IMG/VR virus record: IMGVR_UViG_3300035698_007246
Coordinates: 62,001-126,000 of that record
Reading direction: 5' to 3' (one strand)
DNA length: 64,000 nucleotides
Positions within the stretch are counted from its first letter, which is position 1; each line of letters opens with the position of its first letter. Below, one piece after another: positions 21,062 through 31,232 of the stretch. A program made the position numbers and the translations under genes. Below the pieces are notes generated by a model. That model was given only the letters and a program-made list of their open reading frames with translations, made no database searches and was not told the DNA's origin.

Positions 21062-21274
21062 ATGGAACAAGTGTTAGTATTTTTAAAAGGAATGGAAACT
21101 TATCAGATAATAATTGCATTAGTGATTGGTATTCCATTGGTAGCTTTAGCAATAAAAATATTTGATTTCGCTTTTAGTATATTTCTTAAATCTATTGGAT
21201 ATTTAATTGGTGCCACCATAACAGGAATTATTTTATATAGTATATATACTGCGGTTATTAATGGAGGTATGTGA
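21062..21274 (+). CDS. small 2-TM membrane protein
   Basis: hydrophobic, AAGGAG RBS. Confidence 0.65.
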   Translation: MEQVLVFLKGMETYQIIIALVIGIPLVALAIKIFDFAFSIFLKSIGYLIGATITGIILYSIYTAVINGGM

Positions 21275-21657
21275 TGTCTAAGATATTAAAAAAAGATATG
21301 ACAGATTTTTTAAAACATAAGTTATCAACAGATAAACATTTTTCTGAAAATGCATTGTTTAAAATCTTTGAAAGACAAACTGATGAAGAGAAAGCTCGTG
21401 GATATACAACAGACCATAATAATATTGGTTTTAATGGGATTGATGGAAAATTGCTTACAAATTTAGTTGAAAATATTTCTAAAAAAAGAAAATCGAACCC
21501 TACTTACAGATTTAGTAACAAACAATTTCAAGTAATTATTTTTAAGAGAATGCCAAAGTATTGGAAACAAATACTCGACATCTCTGATAACGATAAATTA
21601 GAAAAATATTATAATAAACACATGAAAAATGGTTTACAGTTACAACTGAGTTTTTAA
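21271..21657 (+). CDS. hypothetical phage protein
   Basis: RQTDEEK...HNNIGFNGID...KYWKQI. Confidence 0.7.
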   Translation: MMSKILKKDMTDFLKHKLSTDKHFSENALFKIFERQTDEEKARGYTTDHNNIGFNGIDGKLLTNLVENISKKRKSNPTYRFSNKQFQVIIFKRMPKYWKQILDISDNDKLEKYYNKHMKNGLQLQLSF

Positions 21658-22139
21658 AATTGACTCAATGTTTTTGAATTGAGTATATGGAATTCAAATT
21701 AATTGAATATTGATTTGTTTACAATATTTAGTTTTAATTCTGTTAGTTTGTTGTGTTCTTTTTAAGATATCTTTCATTTTTTGTTTATTTTTACTATATA
21801 TCATAACATTAAAATGTTGGATAGTTTTAATCGTAGCAATATAGTTACGATATTTTTATTATATAACAAGGAGTTTGATGTAATGAGAAGTTTATTTGGA
21901 ATATTGCTTATACTATTCGGTGTTTTGTTTGGTGGATACTTAGCTTTATATGTTTGTATCTATGGTGGAATTATTCAAGTAATAGAAGCTGCAAAGTTAA
22001 CACCAATTGATAGTGCTGGTGTTGCTTTTGGAGTTGTATGAGTCATGTGTTCAAGTCTTGGATTTTGGGTAGGTGCAATGATTCCATTTGGAATTGGTAA
22101 AGCAATGTTGGATTAATTAACTGGGGAGCAATCCCCATT

Positions 22140-22841
22140 TTGTATTTAATTATAAAGGAAATGAGTGAGATGAGATTATCAATAAGACATCAAGCAAGAC
22201 AAAAGGCTACAGAAGTTTATTTAAATAGATTGGCACAACTTAATGTTGGTGCAGAAGAAAAGACTGTACTTGATTCAATAGACAGACCAATGCGTCCATT
22301 GATATTGGAACTGCATAGGATTGGAATGGAAACAACATTTTGTTGCTGTGGCTTTCAGTATGAAGGTGAGGAAGAGCCAAAGACTCACCATGCAAGATTA
22401 ACGTATGTATTTATCAAAGACCGTTTTCAATCTGAATTAGCAATTGACAATGCTAATAAGTTTTTTAATAAACTTGTGACTGCAACACCTGATAATGAGA
22501 AACATGCTCAGAGTTGGGGAATAAGTAAAGGTCACCAAGTATCACCTACTGGTGTGCCGATAATACATTTCTGGTATCAGAATCCAATGCCTGACTTATA
22601 TCAAAAGATTGAAGGTGTGCCTGCAATACATAACTATGAATCACAGGTTGGTGGGATTTGTAGAGCTATCAAGGTTGCAAGAAGTTTACCAACGGCAGTT
22701 AAGGAAATAAGAATACATGATGGGAATAGGGATTTCTTTGAAGCTGGCTTTGATGAATGGCAATTGGAACCTAAACCAGACTATATTCATAACGTAATGA
22801 AAGAAGTCACGGTCGAGGAAAAGGCAGAAGCTGATGATTGA
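22140..22841 (+). CDS. hypothetical protein with GMETTFCCCG motif
   Basis: 233-aa ORF; motif resembles the GxxTxxSCxG family. Confidence 0.65.
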   Translation: MYLIIKEMSEMRLSIRHQARQKATEVYLNRLAQLNVGAEEKTVLDSIDRPMRPLILELHRIGMETTFCCCGFQYEGEEEPKTHHARLTYVFIKDRFQSELAIDNANKFFNKLVTATPDNEKHAQSWGISKGHQVSPTGVPIIHFWYQNPMPDLYQKIEGVPAIHNYESQVGGICRAIKVARSLPTAVKEIRIHDGNRDFFEAGFDEWQLEPKPDYIHNVMKEVTVEEKAEADD

Positions 22842-23251
22842 GTTGACAAAGGAAGAAATGAAACAAATTTATATGTATTGGGTGACTGCTAACAAAGTAG
22901 TATCACATATACATAAAGGTGTGGATGTTACTAAGACATCATTGGACGCATTGGTAACGGAACACTATAATGTTGAAACTATTATGATGAAAGGAATGGA
23001 CAATTATGCCAAGGAATGACAAGTTGAATATTAAACACATTAAATGGAAAGTTAAGATTACAAATAATTACCAAGAACAAGAAAAATATTGGATGGCTTC
23101 ATCTGAAGATGATACATTTAAATTACATTCCAAGATAAAGTTTAATGTGGTTCAAGAAGCAAAAAATGACTGGCTTGCGTTTGCTAAGGAAAACAGAATT
23201 CGAACTTATGTATTCTGCTAAATAAAATTGTAATTGTAAGATGATAATTCA

Positions 23252-23290
23252 AAAGACATTATGAGAAATCATAATGTCTTTTTTTGTTTG
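23252..23290 (+). terminator. intrinsic terminator
   Basis: AAGACATTATGA-GAAA-TCATAATGTCTT then T-run. Confidence 0.8.
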
Positions 23291-23607
23291 GGTATAAAAA
23301 AGTATTGACATTACTTTGCACATAACGTATCTTTTATATATCAAATTAATTAAAACAATTTTTTAAAGGAGTTAAAAATGATAAACGGAACAACAGAAAC
23401 AATAAAGTACACAGCAATTATTTCTAAATATACAACAGTTGAAACTTTTCAACCTCTTAAAAAGAATACTACTAAAGGTGGTAAACAATGGACAACAAGA
23501 GAGAGCAAAAAAAGAGCACCGAAAGGGAAGAGCTTGTAAAAGATTGTCGTTTAATATTGTCGTTGGTATGTAATTAATTTCTCACGTAAATATAAAGGAC
23601 ATTATAA

Positions 23608-23958
23608 ATGAAAACTAAAGAACAAAAGATTAAAGACTTTGAAGCAAAGTATCCGACTGGCAAACAATGTCCTGTATGTGGCAAGCATTCACACCTTGAA
23701 GAGTTCAGGTTCACGTCTGAATCATCTTACTTGAGTCAGTGTGTTGATTGTAACAAATTGGTATCAAGTATCTCAGCTATTATGAGAAAGTTAAAAACTG
23801 ATGGTGATTATTGTGAGAGGCGTATACATGAAATGAAAACTCAAATAAAAATCCATGAATTGATTTATAATCATCAATGTGCAACAGCATTTGATGTTGT
23901 CAAGTTGATTAAAGGTAGTCTATCATTACAAGACTTTTATACAAAGGTTGATGAATAA
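23608..23958 (+). CDS. zinc-ribbon protein
   Basis: CPVC...CVDC. Confidence 0.6.
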   Translation: MKTKEQKIKDFEAKYPTGKQCPVCGKHSHLEEFRFTSESSYLSQCVDCNKLVSSISAIMRKLKTDGDYCERRIHEMKTQIKIHELIYNHQCATAFDVVKLIKGSLSLQDFYTKVDE

Positions 23959-24170
23959 AATGTTATGGGTTGGTGAATTGGTTGTGCCAAAGGAGTTATC
24001 TGAACAAGGTAACCCTTTTGTATGTAATATTTATGCTGAACCTGAACCTGTTCTATGGTTGAATGATTATGTTGACAAGTGTGGTCTTCAAATGATTTCT
24101 ATTCAGGACAAACAACGTATATATGGAATTGGTTCAGGACATTTTAATGTTATAAAGGAGACATTTAAAC

Positions 24171-24485
24171 GTGCCTTATAAATGTGAGAAACTTAAACTT
24201 AAACATGAACAGAACAGACGTGTAAAGCTGACTGTTGAACAAAGACAAGAGATACTATCATTGAAAGGTGCAGTGTCTCAACGTCAACTTGCTAATGATT
24301 ATGGTGTTGACCGTAGAACTATATCGTTCATTCATTCACCAGAAGCATTGGAAGAGAATAAGAAACGTAGGGCAGAACGTGGCGGTTCAAAGATTTATTA
24401 TGATAAAGAAAAGAACACCAAAGCCGTACGGGAAACCAGACAATACAAACAAGGTCTTTACTTAAAGGGAGAACTATGTGAGTAA
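24171..24485 (+). CDS. HTH DNA-binding protein
   Basis: KLTVEQRQEI...SQRQLANDYGVDRRTISFI. Confidence 0.7.
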   Translation: MPYKCEKLKLKHEQNRRVKLTVEQRQEILSLKGAVSQRQLANDYGVDRRTISFIHSPEALEENKKRRAERGGSKIYYDKEKNTKAVRETRQYKQGLYLKGELCE

Positions 24486-24886
24486 AAAAATAATGGAAGT
24501 GTATGTATTATTATGTGATGGTGATGGTACAATGAGGTCTACTGATAAACCTTTTGGTGTTGCGGTAACTACAGAAGGCGAAGCAAAAAGATTTGTAACA
24601 GATGGTGGCGTGGGGTATACCCATTCTTATGAAAAATTAAAAATTTATAATGATAAGAATGTTGCAATTAAAGAAGCATTTACAAAGGAGTAAATAGGGG
24701 AAGTAATGAGCAATAGATATGGGAAAAGCAAACACAAAATAAACAAACATAAAAAAGGAAAGTTATGTCCTAAATGCCGTAAATGTAAGTTAGCGAAAGC
24801 ACCCTGCACACGTTCAGAGTGACGGACATAGCCACCATGTCATTTGTAAGAAATGTGGATTTGAAAATTATTAATAGGAGGACTCA

Positions 24887-25282
24887 ATGAGTAAAACTTG
24901 TCAGAAATGTTTAAAAAAAGATATATGTTATATAAGACACACAATTCAAAAAACAGGAAGTGAAATATATAAAACAACAAGTTTTAATTTCAACAAAGAT
25001 GATTTTAAAAGCTCTTTTGATAGTTATGCTGAAACATGTGAACATTATCTTATTTACAAAGAGGGAAGTGTAGAAGACGCATTAAGTAGCATGGAACGTG
25101 CTCACAGGTCAATTTCATGGTGTCGTGCTATGTCTCGAAAGAAAAATGATGACAATTCCAAAAGAACTATTTTTGAATATAAAGATAATGAAAAATGGAT
25201 GGATGAATATGTGGATTGTCTTGAACGTGGTATGAAACAATTAGAAAAGCAAATCACAATTTTAGGTGGTACGTGTGAGTAA
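24887..25282 (+). CDS. hypothetical protein
   Basis: GGAGG RBS; CQKC. Confidence 0.6.
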   Translation: MSKTCQKCLKKDICYIRHTIQKTGSEIYKTTSFNFNKDDFKSSFDSYAETCEHYLIYKEGSVEDALSSMERAHRSISWCRAMSRKKNDDNSKRTIFEYKDNEKWMDEYVDCLERGMKQLEKQITILGGTCE

Positions 25283-25587
25283 GATGATTACGTATAAAGA
25301 ATTTACAGAAGCACAAGAGACCGTTAAAAAGTTTATACTTCAATGTAAAGAGATTAGTATTAAAAGAAAACAATCAAGGGAACGTTCAAAAGGAACTACT
25401 AAGATAGATGGTTTCAAATGTGCTCTTGAAAACATTAAAAAACATCTCAACTATCAAGAGTCCCAAATAAGGAATGGTGTGTATGATAATGACTTAGAGT
25501 TCAAAGAAATTATTATAGAAAGTCATGAGTATGAAAGAAAAAACATGAACAGATTAAGAAAACTTATTAAAAAGGAAAGAGACTCTC

Positions 25588-25917
25588 ATGAGTAACATAT
25601 ATTTAAATAGAATACCAAATCATTATGTGTGTAGTGTATGTGGTGCAAAGAATGTGAAACTTTGGAGAATGTATATGTCAACAACGATAACTCTTTTGTG
25701 TTGTAACTGTGCAGCAGAAGAACAAGATATTTCCAGTATTGATAATAATGGAATGTATAAAGATAAAAAATATGGTTTAACGTATGAGATTTCTGGTAAT
25801 GTTCCTGCTATCCCTACATTGAATGATACTAAATCGTATTGGGGATATTGTACCGTACCTCAAGATGATATTGATTGGTGGAGAACTTTACCAACAGGAT
25901 ATAATAATGAAAATTAA
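25588..25917 (+). CDS. Cys-containing phage protein
   Basis: CSVCGAKNVKLWR...VPAIPT...YWGY...WWRTLP. Confidence 0.65.
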   Translation: MSNIYLNRIPNHYVCSVCGAKNVKLWRMYMSTTITLLCCNCAAEEQDISSIDNNGMYKDKKYGLTYEISGNVPAIPTLNDTKSYWGYCTVPQDDIDWWRTLPTGYNNEN

Positions 25918-25959
25918 ATATATGTCGCTGTTTATATTATGTGTGTTGTATGATTAGAG

Positions 25960-26064
25960 TTAAGGAGAATAACAAATGTTAATTAAATTTTTTCCAGTAT
26001 TTTTATTACCATGAATGGTTTGTACTTTAGAAATGAATTCTTGTGTAGTAAGTTTTTTACCCAT
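25960..26064 (-). pseudogene. 34-aa stub resembling the N-terminal repeat of DUF723-type homing endonucleases
   Basis: MGKKLTTQEFISKVQTIHGNK (cf. KLTTEEFIxKAxxVHGxKYDY); AGGGGG RBS. Confidence 0.55.
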
Positions 26065-26069
26065 ACTAT

Positions 26070-26156
26070 CCCCCTTGATAGATTAAAAATAATTGAGAAG
26101 TAATCCTTACTTATCAAGGTTTCAGGAAATGGTTTCGAACCCACTGTCCTTCTCAT
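26070..26156 (-). ncRNA. candidate structured leader RNA with T-loop-like hairpin
   Basis: UGAGAAG/CUUCUCA stem enclosing a GG-GUUCGAAA-CC hairpin; begins just after TATAAATA (26162-26169). Confidence 0.45.
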
Positions 26157-26183
26157 ATAATTATTTATATAAATTCTAAAATA

Positions 26184-26215
26184 AAAAAGCCCTTATGAAT
26201 TTCATAAGGGCTTTA
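26184..26215 (-). terminator. intrinsic terminator
   Basis: AAAGCCCTTATGAA/TTCATAAGGGCTTT, U-run on the minus strand. Confidence 0.8.
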
Positions 26216-26240
26216 TGTGTTTTACATTTGATAGTTGAGT

Positions 26241-26498
26241 TTATGCAACTGCTGATGTAGAACCTGTTGCATTTTGCCAAGCAGTCCCATTCCAGAAAAT
26301 TGGAACACCATAATCTGTATCAAAATATTGTTCACCTGTTTGTGCTGTCGCTGATGTAGGTCTATCACCACTAACCCCATTAGCATACAACTTGTCAATG
26401 ATTTGTTTATCCACTGAATCTTTTGCAGTTGGATTTTGGAATTCATATAGTGAATCACCGCTTTTTACATAGAAACCTTTATAAAGTTCTGCACTCAT
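26241..26498 (-). CDS. small late/structural protein (fibre or decoration-type motif)
   Basis: DRPT...GEQYFDTDYGVPIFWNGTAW motif; AAGGAG RBS; TATAAATA upstream. Confidence 0.65.
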   Translation of the reverse strand: MSAELYKGFYVKSGDSLYEFQNPTAKDSVDKQIIDKLYANGVSGDRPTSATAQTGEQYFDTDYGVPIFWNGTAWQNATGSTSAVA

Positions 26499-26550
26499 AA
26501 TAGTTCTCCTTAAGAAATATTGTTATTATTAAATTTTGTTCAAGTAAAAA

Positions 26551-26565
26551 TATTTATACAAATTC
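26551..26565 (-). promoter_or_regulatory. T4-type late promoter GAATTTGTATAAATA
   Basis: TATAAATA core upstream of the gene starting at 26498; identical 15-mer at 58038-58052. Confidence 0.65.
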
Positions 26566-26569
26566 TAAC

Positions 26570-27316
26570 TTAATTTAGAGAATTTTTTAGGTCTAAATAG
26601 ATTGTCCCCACACGTTTATTAATCAGCTTTTTAGACTTTGAATCTAATCTTTCAAATACCGATTTTCCTTTGATGTCAATATTTTTTAAATTATTTATTA
26701 CTTCATTATAAAAAATATCAAAATTGTTATAGTGTTCAGGATTCTTTTTATATTTTGGTATAATAGTACTAAGAGCTTGTCGTGTCCATGAATTGATTTC
26801 TTCATGACCTCTTGTATACATATTTAAATCTTTTTCTTTATCATGGTCGTATGGCTGTTTAATGGAACTCTTTCCTTTTGATAATATGTTATTATAAAAA
26901 TGACTATATTCATGCACAAAAATATGTTGTTTATTTTTCAATTCATTTTGAAACTGGTTCAATATAGAAGGAAAATTTAAATTATCATTTTCAACATCAA
27001 AATTACTTTTTATTAAAATAAACTGACGACCATCTTTTGTTGATGTTCTTTTAGCTTTTCCCCGGATAATATCACCACTATCAGGAACAAACATCAAATT
27101 CAAATCAGTAACATGTTCATTATCAGGAAAAAGTTTTTGTAAATTTATTCCTTTTAATATTTTATCTTTTATTTTCATCTTGAAATTAAAAATATTATTC
27201 TTTTTTAATTTTATTTCGGTCATAAGTTTTTGAAATATATTATTAGCTATTTCAACTGTTTCAATATCTTTCTTTCTTTCTATAAAATAATGATTTATAA
27301 ATCTTGTATTTTTCAT
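26570..27316 (-). CDS. HExxH zincin-like protein, possibly packaged in the head
   Basis: IFVHEYSHF plus downstream EINS; N-terminus RFINHYFIE. Confidence 0.55.
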   Translation of the reverse strand: MKNTRFINHYFIERKKDIETVEIANNIFQKLMTEIKLKKNNIFNFKMKIKDKILKGINLQKLFPDNEHVTDLNLMFVPDSGDIIRGKAKRTSTKDGRQFILIKSNFDVENDNLNFPSILNQFQNELKNKQHIFVHEYSHFYNNILSKGKSSIKQPYDHDKEKDLNMYTRGHEEINSWTRQALSTIIPKYKKNPEHYNNFDIFYNEVINNLKNIDIKGKSVFERLDSKSKKLINKRVGTIYLDLKNSLN

Positions 27317-27431
27317 GAATGTTCTCCTTTTATATTTAAAGTATATAATTATTTATCTTTTTTGTATTTAAGGGTTGACATCTTTTGTGTTTTAACATAT
27401 CTTTATTACAGATTAAAATTTAAATAACTTT

Positions 27432-27908
27432 TTGAAGGGTGATATGATGGCAATAACAAGTACTGAAAGAAGGAAACAAAATAAAAATAAATGGAAAAGA
27501 ATTTATATTGATTATAAAAAATTATATGACCGTGATAAAAAATTAGCAATGGAATATTTAGATTCTGGAATTGACGATGTTAATAAATTTTTAGCTACTA
27601 AATATGTAAAAGTTTCGAATTCTAAATGTTCTCATAGTATTGACAATATAGTATATGAAACTAAACGTAAATGTATCTGTTTTAATGAAGATGAAATGGT
27701 TAGTTATTTTTTAGAAATGACAAATACAAAAAATGTAGATAATCATACACAAATTAAATCAAATATGATTCTTGAAATAGAAAGAAAAATAAAAATAGCT
27801 GAGGAAAAATTTAAATTTGAAAAGAATCATGTTGAATATACTAAGAAGCGTAAAGCACTTTGGTATCAAAAAAAACAATTAAAAAAATATAAAACATTGG
27901 GGTATTAA
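27432..27908 (+). CDS. basic hypothetical protein
   Basis: behind promoter repeat. Confidence 0.6.
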   Translation: MKGDMMAITSTERRKQNKNKWKRIYIDYKKLYDRDKKLAMEYLDSGIDDVNKFLATKYVKVSNSKCSHSIDNIVYETKRKCICFNEDEMVSYFLEMTNTKNVDNHTQIKSNMILEIERKIKIAEEKFKFEKNHVEYTKKRKALWYQKKQLKKYKTLGY

Positions 27909-28181
27909 ATGTCTATAAAAAGTACAAGATTTATATCATTAGAACATGCAATTGAAAGAATAACTCAGATTGCTTTGTTGATACAACAAAAGAAATACAG
28001 AGATATAGAGAATGAATCGTCTGAACATGACGGGGACGTACAACAGTTTGTGGAAGCAAATAGTTCTATTGATGTATCAAACATTGACAACTGGATAGAT
28101 ACAATGTTGGAAGATAAAATGGATGAACCATTTTTTAGACATTCAATCTTTGATAACTATTTAATTGGAAAGGGAGATTAA
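27909..28181 (+). CDS. hypothetical protein
   Basis: ORF in operon. Confidence 0.65.
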   Translation: MSIKSTRFISLEHAIERITQIALLIQQKKYRDIENESSEHDGDVQQFVEANSSIDVSNIDNWIDTMLEDKMDEPFFRHSIFDNYLIGKGD

Positions 28182-28530
28182 AATGGTAATGAATGTAACA
28201 AGCAATAAGTTTGAATATTATGATTCTTTTATATCAAAAGTTACAATATTACGTACTGTACTTTTAGATAAAGCATTTCATAAATATGGTCGCAAAGTGC
28301 ATGATGTATTAGAAATTGGTATAACTCCAATTGGTGACCACTGTTATAAAGAATTTATTATTTCTGTGGGAAATGGTAAAACAAAACATTTATTTGGTCA
28401 CTCCCTTAGTAATAGTGCCGAGTCATACATCACAGAAAAAATAAACGAACTTGAAAAAAAGCCAATCCGTATCTTTATGTATAACAATGACATAGTTGGT
28501 ATTGAATTAATTAATGAAGAAAAGTTTTGA
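28165..28530 (+). CDS. hypothetical protein
   Basis: ORF in operon. Confidence 0.6.
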   Translation: MEREIKMVMNVTSNKFEYYDSFISKVTILRTVLLDKAFHKYGRKVHDVLEIGITPIGDHCYKEFIISVGNGKTKHLFGHSLSNSAESYITEKINELEKKPIRIFMYNNDIVGIELINEEKF

Positions 28531-28721
28531 CATCTCTTTATCCATACGGTATATTTATTACAGATTAAAAATTTAAATAACTTTTTTTAAAGGATGATGA
28601 TATGTTACTTTTAAAACTTTTTTGTAAATTTGATAATTATAATTGTTATGTTTTGTTAGACCATTAATTAATATAATTAGTAGAGAGATAGATACATTAA
28701 TAAAAAACAAGAGGCAATAAA

Positions 28722-29282
28722 ATGAATGTTGTGAATGTAATAATAACGGATAATGAATTACATAATGTCCGGTCAAAACTCTTGACTGTTCAAGATAATG
28801 TGACAGAGGAAGCTATTGTTAAACGTGCCTATAATAGTTTTCATTACGAAGGGTATTCAGGATACATCGTATACACTGAAACCAATACCATTTGGGATGG
28901 CGTCGACTGGAAAGAGTATGATTATACTCTTGAGTATGCAGAGATACCACAGCAAGTTGTAATATGTTCTGAATGTCAACAACCTTTAAAGGATAGCATT
29001 AAAAATAGAAAGAATATAATGGACATTCAAAAGTTAATGGTAGAAGGTATGGAGATACATAAAAGGTTTGATGATATAGGAGACATATTGTATAATGAAT
29101 GTCTTAAACTTATTAAGCCTTTACTTGAAAAGAATCTATTCGAGAAAGCAAAGATACAAACAGGTAAGTTTTTTGCACCTGCTACTATTCCAACTATTGG
29201 ATGTATCTTTCCTATTAAAGTTTTAATATTTCATTATATAATCGTAATGGAAAAGAAAAACCTTGACACCGATTACCCATAA
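28722..29282 (+). CDS. hypothetical protein
   Basis: GAGG RBS. Confidence 0.6.
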   Translation: MNVVNVIITDNELHNVRSKLLTVQDNVTEEAIVKRAYNSFHYEGYSGYIVYTETNTIWDGVDWKEYDYTLEYAEIPQQVVICSECQQPLKDSIKNRKNIMDIQKLMVEGMEIHKRFDDIGDILYNECLKLIKPLLEKNLFEKAKIQTGKFFAPATIPTIGCIFPIKVLIFHYIIVMEKKNLDTDYP

Positions 29283-29326
29283 TGTATCTTTATTACGTAT
29301 TAAAAATTTAACAAGGAGATAATTAA

Positions 29327-29911
29327 ATGAAAACTTCAATTGAAGCAATCAATGCTATCATTATAAGTAAAATGGGTGCAATCACAGCATGGGAAAACTA
29401 TGTATTGAATAAAAATGCCCCTATTGAAATCACTATATTAAAAGGTGAGATAACATCATTAGAAACCGCCCGAAACATAATTGAAAAAAACAGTTATGAA
29501 AGTGAGCTATTTGAATTTGATACGGCATATTTAATAATGTCTTTGTCAATACAAGAAAAATCTACATTGTGTGAGTTATGTGGTGATGAAGTTATTGAAT
29601 GTGATAATTTTATTATTGGTAAATTATATGAAAAGGAATTGTTAGAAAATCACATTACCGGAAAACTAACAATCAAAGGTAGACAGATTGCAGAGTATCT
29701 GACGTTGTGGGTAGATATTCCTTTGACATACATAGAACGAAATATTCTTATTGATATGTATGATACTGGTAATGTACAAGAATCTTCTTATGATGCATTG
29801 GTATCGTTACAAAAAAGTAATTTACTTATTGATAATAAATTAACTACTAAGGGCAAAGAGTACGCAAAATGGATTGTATGGTCTTTATCTTCAATGAAAA
29901 GGAACAGATAA
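29327..29911 (+). CDS. protein with two winged-helix-like repeats
   Basis: KLTIKGRQIAEY and KLTTKGKEYAKW repeated ends. Confidence 0.55.
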   Translation: MKTSIEAINAIIISKMGAITAWENYVLNKNAPIEITILKGEITSLETARNIIEKNSYESELFEFDTAYLIMSLSIQEKSTLCELCGDEVIECDNFIIGKLYEKELLENHITGKLTIKGRQIAEYLTLWVDIPLTYIERNILIDMYDTGNVQESSYDALVSLQKSNLLIDNKLTTKGKEYAKWIVWSLSSMKRNR

Positions 29912-30072
29912 TTATATATGTGAATAAATTTCACTCTCTAAGTTAATGAATTCAAAAGATTTTTAAGAAACCAGAAATCTTTTTTGCATTTATGGGTTGA
30001 CTTTATTTTGGTATTAATATATATTTGTATTAATTAATTGTAATTAGATTTTTGATAATAGGGGTGTATATT

Positions 30073-31104
30073 ATGAATAAAATTAAAGCATATAAAGTAT
30101 TTAATCCAAATTGGACGTGTTTAAATTTTAAATATGAGGTTGGTAAAACCTATGAAATAAAGGAACCTGTGAACCTGTGTAAAATTGGATTTCATGCTTG
30201 CACAAAAATAAATAATTGTTTTAATTATTATAGTTTTAATACTAAAAATAAAGTTGCTGAAGTTGAATTGTTTGGTGATGTTTTAGGTATTGATGAAGAA
30301 AAACAATGTTCATCAAAAATAAAAATAATTAAAGAAATAACGTGGGAAAATATGTTAAAATTAGCTAATATCGGTGTTGGTAATTCAGGGCATAGTAACA
30401 GCGGAAATAGGAACAGCGGAGATATGAACGGCGGAGATATGAACAGCGGAAATAGGAACAGCGGAGATATGAACGGCGGAAATAGTAACAGCGGAAATAG
30501 GAACAGCGGACATTGGAACAGCGGAGATTGGAACGGCGGAAATTGTAACAGCGGAAATAAGAACAGCGGAAATTGGAACAGCGGACATTGGAACAGCGGA
30601 AATAGGAACAGCGGAAATTGTAACAGCGGAAATAGTAACAGCGGAAATAAGAACAGCGGAGATTGGAACAGCGGAAATAGGAACAGCGGATATTGGAACA
30701 GCGGAGATTGGAACGGCGGAAATTGTAACAGCGGAAATAAGAACAGCGGAGATTGGAACAGCGGAAATAGGAACAGCGGATATTTTAATAATATAATACC
30801 AAAAATAATAAATGTGTTTAATAATTCTTGTGATATTAATATCTGGGATAATATAGAAAAACCAAAGTTTATTTATAATATTATATTGGAAGAGTGGGTT
30901 TATTTTAATAATATGTCCGTTGAAGAAAAAAAACTTTATCCTAAAGCATATATACGAGATGGATATTTAAAAACACACTCATATAAAGACGCGTGGAATA
31001 CTGCTTATAAAAATGCTACAACTGATGATATAATATTATTAAAGCAATTGCCTAATTTTGATGTTCGTGTGTTTGAAGATATAACTGGAATACGAATTAA
31101 ATAA
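30073..31104 (+). CDS. pentapeptide-repeat protein (NSGxx repeats) with N-terminal GFHAC domain
   Basis: YEVGKTYE...LCKIGFHAC then NSGNR/NSGDW repeats. Confidence 0.85.
   Translation: MNKIKAYKVFNPNWTCLNFKYEVGKTYEIKEPVNLCKIGFHACTKINNCFNYYSFNTKNKVAEVELFGDVLGIDEEKQCSSKIKIIKEITWENMLKLANIGVGNSGHSNSGNRNSGDMNGGDMNSGNRNSGDMNGGNSNSGNRNSGHWNSGDWNGGNCNSGNKNSGNWNSGHWNSGNRNSGNCNSGNSNSGNKNSGDWNSGNRNSGYWNSGDWNGGNCNSGNKNSGDWNSGNRNSGYFNNIIPKIINVFNNSCDINIWDNIEKPKFIYNIILEEWVYFNNMSVEEKKLYPKAYIRDGYLKTHSYKDAWNTAYKNATTDDIILLKQLPNFDVRVFEDITGIRIK
30382..30786 (+). repeat. 15-bp coding tandem repeat (AACAGCGGA core)
   Basis: read directly. Confidence 0.95.
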
Positions 31105-31232
31105 TTTTACTCTATAAAGTTTTAATTTTAAAAGATTTTTGGGAAACCATAAATCTTTTTTGCATTTATGGGTTGACATCTCCCCTACCTTAAAGTATCT
31201 TTTATACACACAATTTAACAACGGTGTGAAAA

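Noticed and set aside
24706-24873. Programmed frameshift in a small Zn-ribbon gene (similar case at ~11612-11786)
   Set aside because: No slippery site or stimulatory structure seen; more likely single-base indels or sequencing error.
26120-26155. tRNA gene (GGTTCGAA)
   Set aside because: Only a T-loop-like hairpin; no cloverleaf, anticodon arm or CCA.
30382-30786. DGR template/variable repeat (AAC-rich)
   Set aside because: Simple 15-bp coding tandem repeat; no reverse transcriptase and no A-specific mismatched pair.
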